Part shown: positions 57,842 through 61,854 of the stretch, one piece after another
How positions within the stretch are numbered: position 1 is the stretch's first letter
How the letters are laid out: each line of letters begins with the position of its first letter
Assembly: GCA_964642015.1 (NCBI GenBank)
Contig: CAZXLF010000005.1
Location: 1 to 61,854 of the forward strand
Length of the DNA: 61,854 bases
Direction of reading: 5' to 3'
From: an uncultured Planctomycetia bacterium
Lineage (GTDB): Bacteria; Omnitrophota; Gorgyraeia; 2-02-FULL-51-18
Notes under the pieces: model-generated
What the model was told of the DNA's origin: nothing
The model's database searches: none
What the model saw: only the letters and a program-made list of their open reading frames with translations
Translations under genes and position numbers: made by a program

Positions 57842-58828
57842 ATGCGAAACGTTTGTAAATGTTTCATCTTATTTTTCGGCGGAATTTTTTTCATTCTATC
57901 GATTTGCATTCCCGGCGGTGCCGAAAATTCTTGGCGTGAAATGTATCTTTATAGGAGAGCGCAGCGTTTGGCAGCCAAAAAAGATGCGCCGACGGCTGAT
58001 GAAATCAGAGGATCTTTGATCCAAAATGGTCTGGAAAGAACTTATCTTCTGCATGTTCCGGAAGGGTACGACGGCAAACAAACGCTGCCTTTGGTGATCG
58101 TCATGCATGGCGGAGCCGGTAAAGCCACTAGTGCGGTGCGGATGGCGGAGATGGATCCCTTGGCCGATCAAGAGGGGTTTTTTGTGGTGTACCCCAATGC
58201 CGCAGTTGGAATGGGCGGTCGGCAATTCTGGAATTGCTGCGATGACTATCAGCGAAGTCAATCAGATGATATAGGTTTTTTCCGTGCATTGCTCGATAAA
58301 TTGGAGAAAGAGTATCTGATAAATCCCAAACGCATCTATGCAACAGGACTTTCAAACGGCGGTAAAATGGCGCATCGTCTGGGATGTGACCTTTCAGATA
58401 AGATCGCCGCGATCGCTCCCGTAGCTGGCGCTTTGGACCTGGATAATCCGCACGCTTCCGAACCGGTATCGGTCATTATTTTTCATGGAACGGCCGATCA
58501 ATATCTTCCCTATAATGGCGGAATATCTCAAAAAGCGGCACTGGGAAAGGGTTCTGAAAAATCGGTAGCTTATGCGTTATCTTTTTGGATCAAAAACAAT
58601 GGTTGTCAACCAACTCCTAAACGCGAACAATTCGGAAATATCGTGCATGAAACCTATGGCGGCGGAAAAAATAACAGCGAGGTCCAGCTCTATACAATTC
58701 TCGGGCAAGGTCACGCGTGGCCCGGCGGGAAATACGGTCCCATATACGAAAATCTAGATCCACCAACCCAAGAAATTTCAGCCACCCAACTGATGTGGAA
58801 ATTCTTTAAAGACCACCCAAAGCTCTGA
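57842..58828 (+). CDS. Secreted PHB-depolymerase/LpqC-like esterase
   Basis: RTYLLHVP, MHGGAG, GLSNGG nucleophile, HGTAD, GHAWPG. Confidence 0.9.
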   Translation: MRNVCKCFILFFGGIFFILSICIPGGAENSWREMYLYRRAQRLAAKKDAPTADEIRGSLIQNGLERTYLLHVPEGYDGKQTLPLVIVMHGGAGKATSAVRMAEMDPLADQEGFFVVYPNAAVGMGGRQFWNCCDDYQRSQSDDIGFFRALLDKLEKEYLINPKRIYATGLSNGGKMAHRLGCDLSDKIAAIAPVAGALDLDNPHASEPVSVIIFHGTADQYLPYNGGISQKAALGKGSEKSVAYALSFWIKNNGCQPTPKREQFGNIVHETYGGGKNNSEVQLYTILGQGHAWPGGKYGPIYENLDPPTQEISATQLMWKFFKDHPKL

Positions 58829-58840
58829 GAAATAAATAAA

Positions 58841-58864
58841 CCCCTTGGAAATTAATCCAAGGGG
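58841..58864. terminator. Intrinsic terminator between convergent units
   Basis: CCCCTTGGA-aattaa-TCCAAGGGG with an A-rich left flank (U-tail on the minus strand). Confidence 0.7.
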
Positions 58865-59192
58865 ATCAAATCAACGGAGGAACTTAAGCGCTTTCAGTAA
58901 AAGTCTCCCTCCTGGAGCAAGTTCGTCAGGCAAATTATTAAATGACTTCTCGCGGATCCATTTCTCTGATGAGAAAACACCAAGATTTATTTGAAAAAAG
59001 ATATGATGGGATGCTCAGCGGTCGGAATCCATGAAGCATTCAACAATGGCAATTCAAAAACTTCATTTAAAATTGCATCTATTTTTCTATTTTGATTAGC
59101 CTGCTCCTTCGATTTAAGTGGCTTCAACGCCCAACTTATGCGGGATTTTATAGAACCGTCCAAATTTTTTAATGTAATTTAAATTGTTTCGA

Positions 59193-61854
59193 TTATGGAT
59201 TGCCTCCGCCTCCACCTGATCCGGCTGATGCTACGTTTGAATAACCGGAATCACCCGATTGGTTATAGGCCTTCACTCTATAGCTATAGGAAAATCTATT
59301 TGGCAAAACGCCAGTGTTTTTGTAACTTGTCACATTAGCGGACACTGCGGCTATCTGTATAAAATTGTTGCTCCCATTCATGCTGCGTTCTATCTTGAAT
59401 CCGCTTTCGTTATTTGAATTATCTTTCCAAGATAAATCGATCTCTGTGGCAGAAACTGCCGTCGCGGTAAGTCCCGATGGAGCGGACGGTGTATTCAGCG
59501 TAGTGGCCGAAGCAACATTGGAATAAGAAGATTCGCCAACACTATTATAGGCCCGTACTCGGTAATAATAGGTCGTATTCGGTGATAAATACTTTGTGCT
59601 TTGATAAGCTGTCACGTTAGCGGCTGTTTTATCTAATGGTTCAAAAACGCTTCTATTAGTGCTGATCTCTATTTCAAACCCGAGCTCATTATTGGAGTTA
59701 TCATTCCATGTGAGATTGATCTGTGAATTTGAAACAGCTTTGGCTACTAAATTCGTAGGGGCTACCGGTGGCGCATCAAATGTAGTGGCAGAAGACGTGT
59801 TAGAATAATCTGAATTGCCCATGCCATTATAAGCTCTCACACGGTAAATGTAAGTGGTATTCGCGGTCAAGCCCTTGTCCCTATAACTAACGACATTGGC
59901 TCCCAAGATCGCTATCTGCGCAAAGTTCACTTGGTTCGAGGCTCGTCTCTCGATTTTAAATCCTGTTTCGTTATCTGAATTGTCCTTCCAGGATAAATCT
60001 ATTTCGGCCGAAGAAACGGCTTTTGCGGATAATTCTGATGGAGCGGCCGGCAAACTTAAAGTTTTCGCGCTTGCCACATTTGAATAATCTGAATCCCCTG
60101 CGCTATTGGTGGCTTTGACACGATAATAATAAGTCGTATTGGAGGTCAGGCCTGCGTCATTGTAAACCCTCATATTCGCCGTTGTTGTCCCTACCTGAGT
60201 AAATGTGACATTGTCTGTGCTACGCTCAATCTTGAATCCAGTCTCATTATTAGAGTTGTCGGACCAGATCAAACTAATCTGAGAATTTGAGACGGCTCTT
60301 GCAGTAAGATTTGTAGGGGCCACTGGCGGCACTTCAGGCGTTTCGGCAGAAGCAATGTTAGAGTAATCGGAATTACCGATGTTGTTATAAGCTCGTACCC
60401 TGTAATCGTATTTGGTCCCTGGCGATAAAAATCTAGTGTCTTTATAACTGCTTGTATTAGCAGGTACGATCGCTATCTGCGCAAAGTTCACTTGGTTCGA
60501 GGCTCGTCTCTCGATTTTAAATCCTGTTTCGTTATCTGAATTGTCCTTCCAGGATAAATCTATTTCGGCCGAAGAAACGGCTTTTGCGGATAATTCTGAT
60601 GGAGCGGCCGGCAAACTTAAAGTTTTCGCGCTTGCCACATTTGAATAATCTGAATCCCCTGCGCTATTGGTGGCTTTGACACGATAATAATAAGTCGTAT
60701 TGGAGGTCAGGCCTGCGTCATTGTAAACCCTCATATTCGCCGTTGTTGTCCCTACCTGAGTAAATGTGACATTGTCTGTGCTACGCTCAATCTTGAATCC
60801 AGTCTCATTATTAGAGTTGTCGGACCATAGTAAGAATATATAATTTGAGGAAACCGCTGTCGCCGTTAGGTTCGAAGGAGCCGTAGGCGCACGTTGTGGA
60901 ATAACTAGGCTTACAATGTTGCTTATACTCTGGCCAAGTGAATTTACAGCAACCACACGAAAATATACAGTTGAACCTACAACAAAGTTTGTATTTTGAC
61001 TATAATCATAAGAAGCCGAAGTTACGTTTTCCGACGTAGAAACAATGTCATAATACACATTACCCAATGCGCTAGTTGTATACTGGATCTTGAAACCCGT
61101 CTCGTTATTAGAATTATCCGTCCAACCGAAATTCACCGAAGATGGAGGGGTAAGAACAGCTTTAAAATTCGTTGGTGCCGGAGGTATTGTATTCAATGTC
61201 GTCGCATTCGCTACATTGGAATAAGGAGAATCTCCTGCGCTATTGGTGGCTCTGACACGGTAGTAATATTTCGTGTTGGCGGACAGGCCGGTATCACTGT
61301 AGGTAGCGGAAGTAGAGGTGCCGACCTGAGTGAATGTGACATTATCTGGGCTGCGCTCGATTTTAAAGCCAGTGACCGTGTTATCCGTCTCAGACCAAGA
61401 TAGATTGATCTGGCTATAAGAAGCTGCGGTGGCGGTCAGGCCTGTCGGGGCTGGGGGCACATCTGAAAGTGTGGTAAAAAGACCATTCACCGTGTCGACT
61501 TTGAATGAATTAGGATCGTTTTTCATCACAACCATCACACTGACATCGTACTTAGTGTTAGGGGTTAAGTTGTTGAGTACGGTCGCTGTGGGATTCGTTT
61601 GGTCAATATCCGAATAATTGAATGAAGCTCCGCTGCCATTGACCCTGTAGGCGATCTGTACTTTCATTGTAGTAGGATCAAGATTGGCGATCGCCCATGT
61701 TATTCCCGCTTTGTTAGTGGAAACCGGTACCAGAATTCCCGCCGCAAGGTTTTGGATGGACACAATATCCATGGGGTTTGCGGGAGTGGTCGCATTCGTT
61801 ACATTGGAATAAGGAGAATCTCCTGCGCTATTGGTGGCTCTGACACGGTAGTAA
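59193..61854 (-). CDS. Large fibronectin type III repeat protein, 5'-truncated by the window edge
   Basis: At least 8 PxAP..L.A.A..W.DNS.NE.GF.IER..YY.RVRA.N repeats; the frame stays open to the window end (YYRVRATNSAGDSPYSNV upstream of Met 61772). Confidence 0.92.
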   Translation of the reverse strand, partial: YYRVRATNSAGDSPYSNVTNATTPANPMDIVSIQNLAAGILVPVSTNKAGITWAIANLDPTTMKVQIAYRVNGSGASFNYSDIDQTNPTATVLNNLTPNTKYDVSVMVVMKNDPNSFKVDTVNGLFTTLSDVPPAPTGLTATAASYSQINLSWSETDNTVTGFKIERSPDNVTFTQVGTSTSATYSDTGLSANTKYYYRVRATNSAGDSPYSNVANATTLNTIPPAPTNFKAVLTPPSSVNFGWTDNSNNETGFKIQYTTSALGNVYYDIVSTSENVTSASYDYSQNTNFVVGSTVYFRVVAVNSLGQSISNIVSLVIPQRAPTAPSNLTATAVSSNYIFLLWSDNSNNETGFKIERSTDNVTFTQVGTTTANMRVYNDAGLTSNTTYYYRVKATNSAGDSDYSNVASAKTLSLPAAPSELSAKAVSSAEIDLSWKDNSDNETGFKIERRASNQVNFAQIAIVPANTSSYKDTRFLSPGTKYDYRVRAYNNIGNSDYSNIASAETPEVPPVAPTNLTARAVSNSQISLIWSDNSNNETGFKIERSTDNVTFTQVGTTTANMRVYNDAGLTSNTTYYYRVKATNSAGDSDYSNVASAKTLSLPAAPSELSAKAVSSAEIDLSWKDNSDNETGFKIERRASNQVNFAQIAILGANVVSYRDKGLTANTTYIYRVRAYNGMGNSDYSNTSSATTFDAPPVAPTNLVAKAVSNSQINLTWNDNSNNELGFEIEISTNRSVFEPLDKTAANVTAYQSTKYLSPNTTYYYRVRAYNSVGESSYSNVASATTLNTPSAPSGLTATAVSATEIDLSWKDNSNNESGFKIERSMNGSNNFIQIAAVSANVTSYKNTGVLPNRFSYSYRVKAYNQSGDSGYSNVASAGSGGGGGNP
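59907..60827. repeat. 360-bp internal direct repeat in the FN3 gene
   Basis: 59907-60266 matches 60468-60827 (offset 561 bp = 187 codons); 61213-61266 also matches 61801-61854. Confidence 0.85.

Noticed and set aside
58870-59185. Possible small or pseudogenised minus-strand gene after the FN3 gene
   Set aside because: Only short open stretches in two frames, separated by stops, with no start signal or recognisable homology.

Overview
Bacterial chromosome segment of moderate GC (roughly mid-40s %, estimated by eye). The gene mix (MSHA-like type IV pilus cluster, orphan FecR proteins, YfhO, many secreted hypotheticals) suggests a PVC-related lineage such as Candidatus Omnitrophota; this is inference only. 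The backbone carries four tRNAs (Asn, Ser-GGA, Arg-ACG, Ser-CGA), recR-dnaX, tadA, glgP, copA, a fatty-acid desaturase, pepF, a bufferin-type DUF692 RiPP cluster and a 5'-truncated FN3-repeat protein. Two things stand out. (1) An AT-rich 5.6-kb region beside tRNA-Arg (23401-29008) is built like a cassette array: co-oriented gene blocks are separated by a conserved junction motif with fixed 27-nt spacing, only half-sites occur at the two outer edges, and no integrase or attC is visible. (2) A potassium-control locus (16693-21747) has two c-di-AMP (ydaO-type) riboswitches. One controls a sensor-truncated KdpD plus KdpE, the other a PTS EIIA plus a KimA-like K+/H+ symporter, and no kdpFABC is present in the window. 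Also notable: tRNA-3'-derived inverted-repeat elements behind two tRNAs, an A9 slippage site in dnaX that would yield the gamma subunit, and a GT-C glycosyltransferase inserted directly behind twin major pilins.
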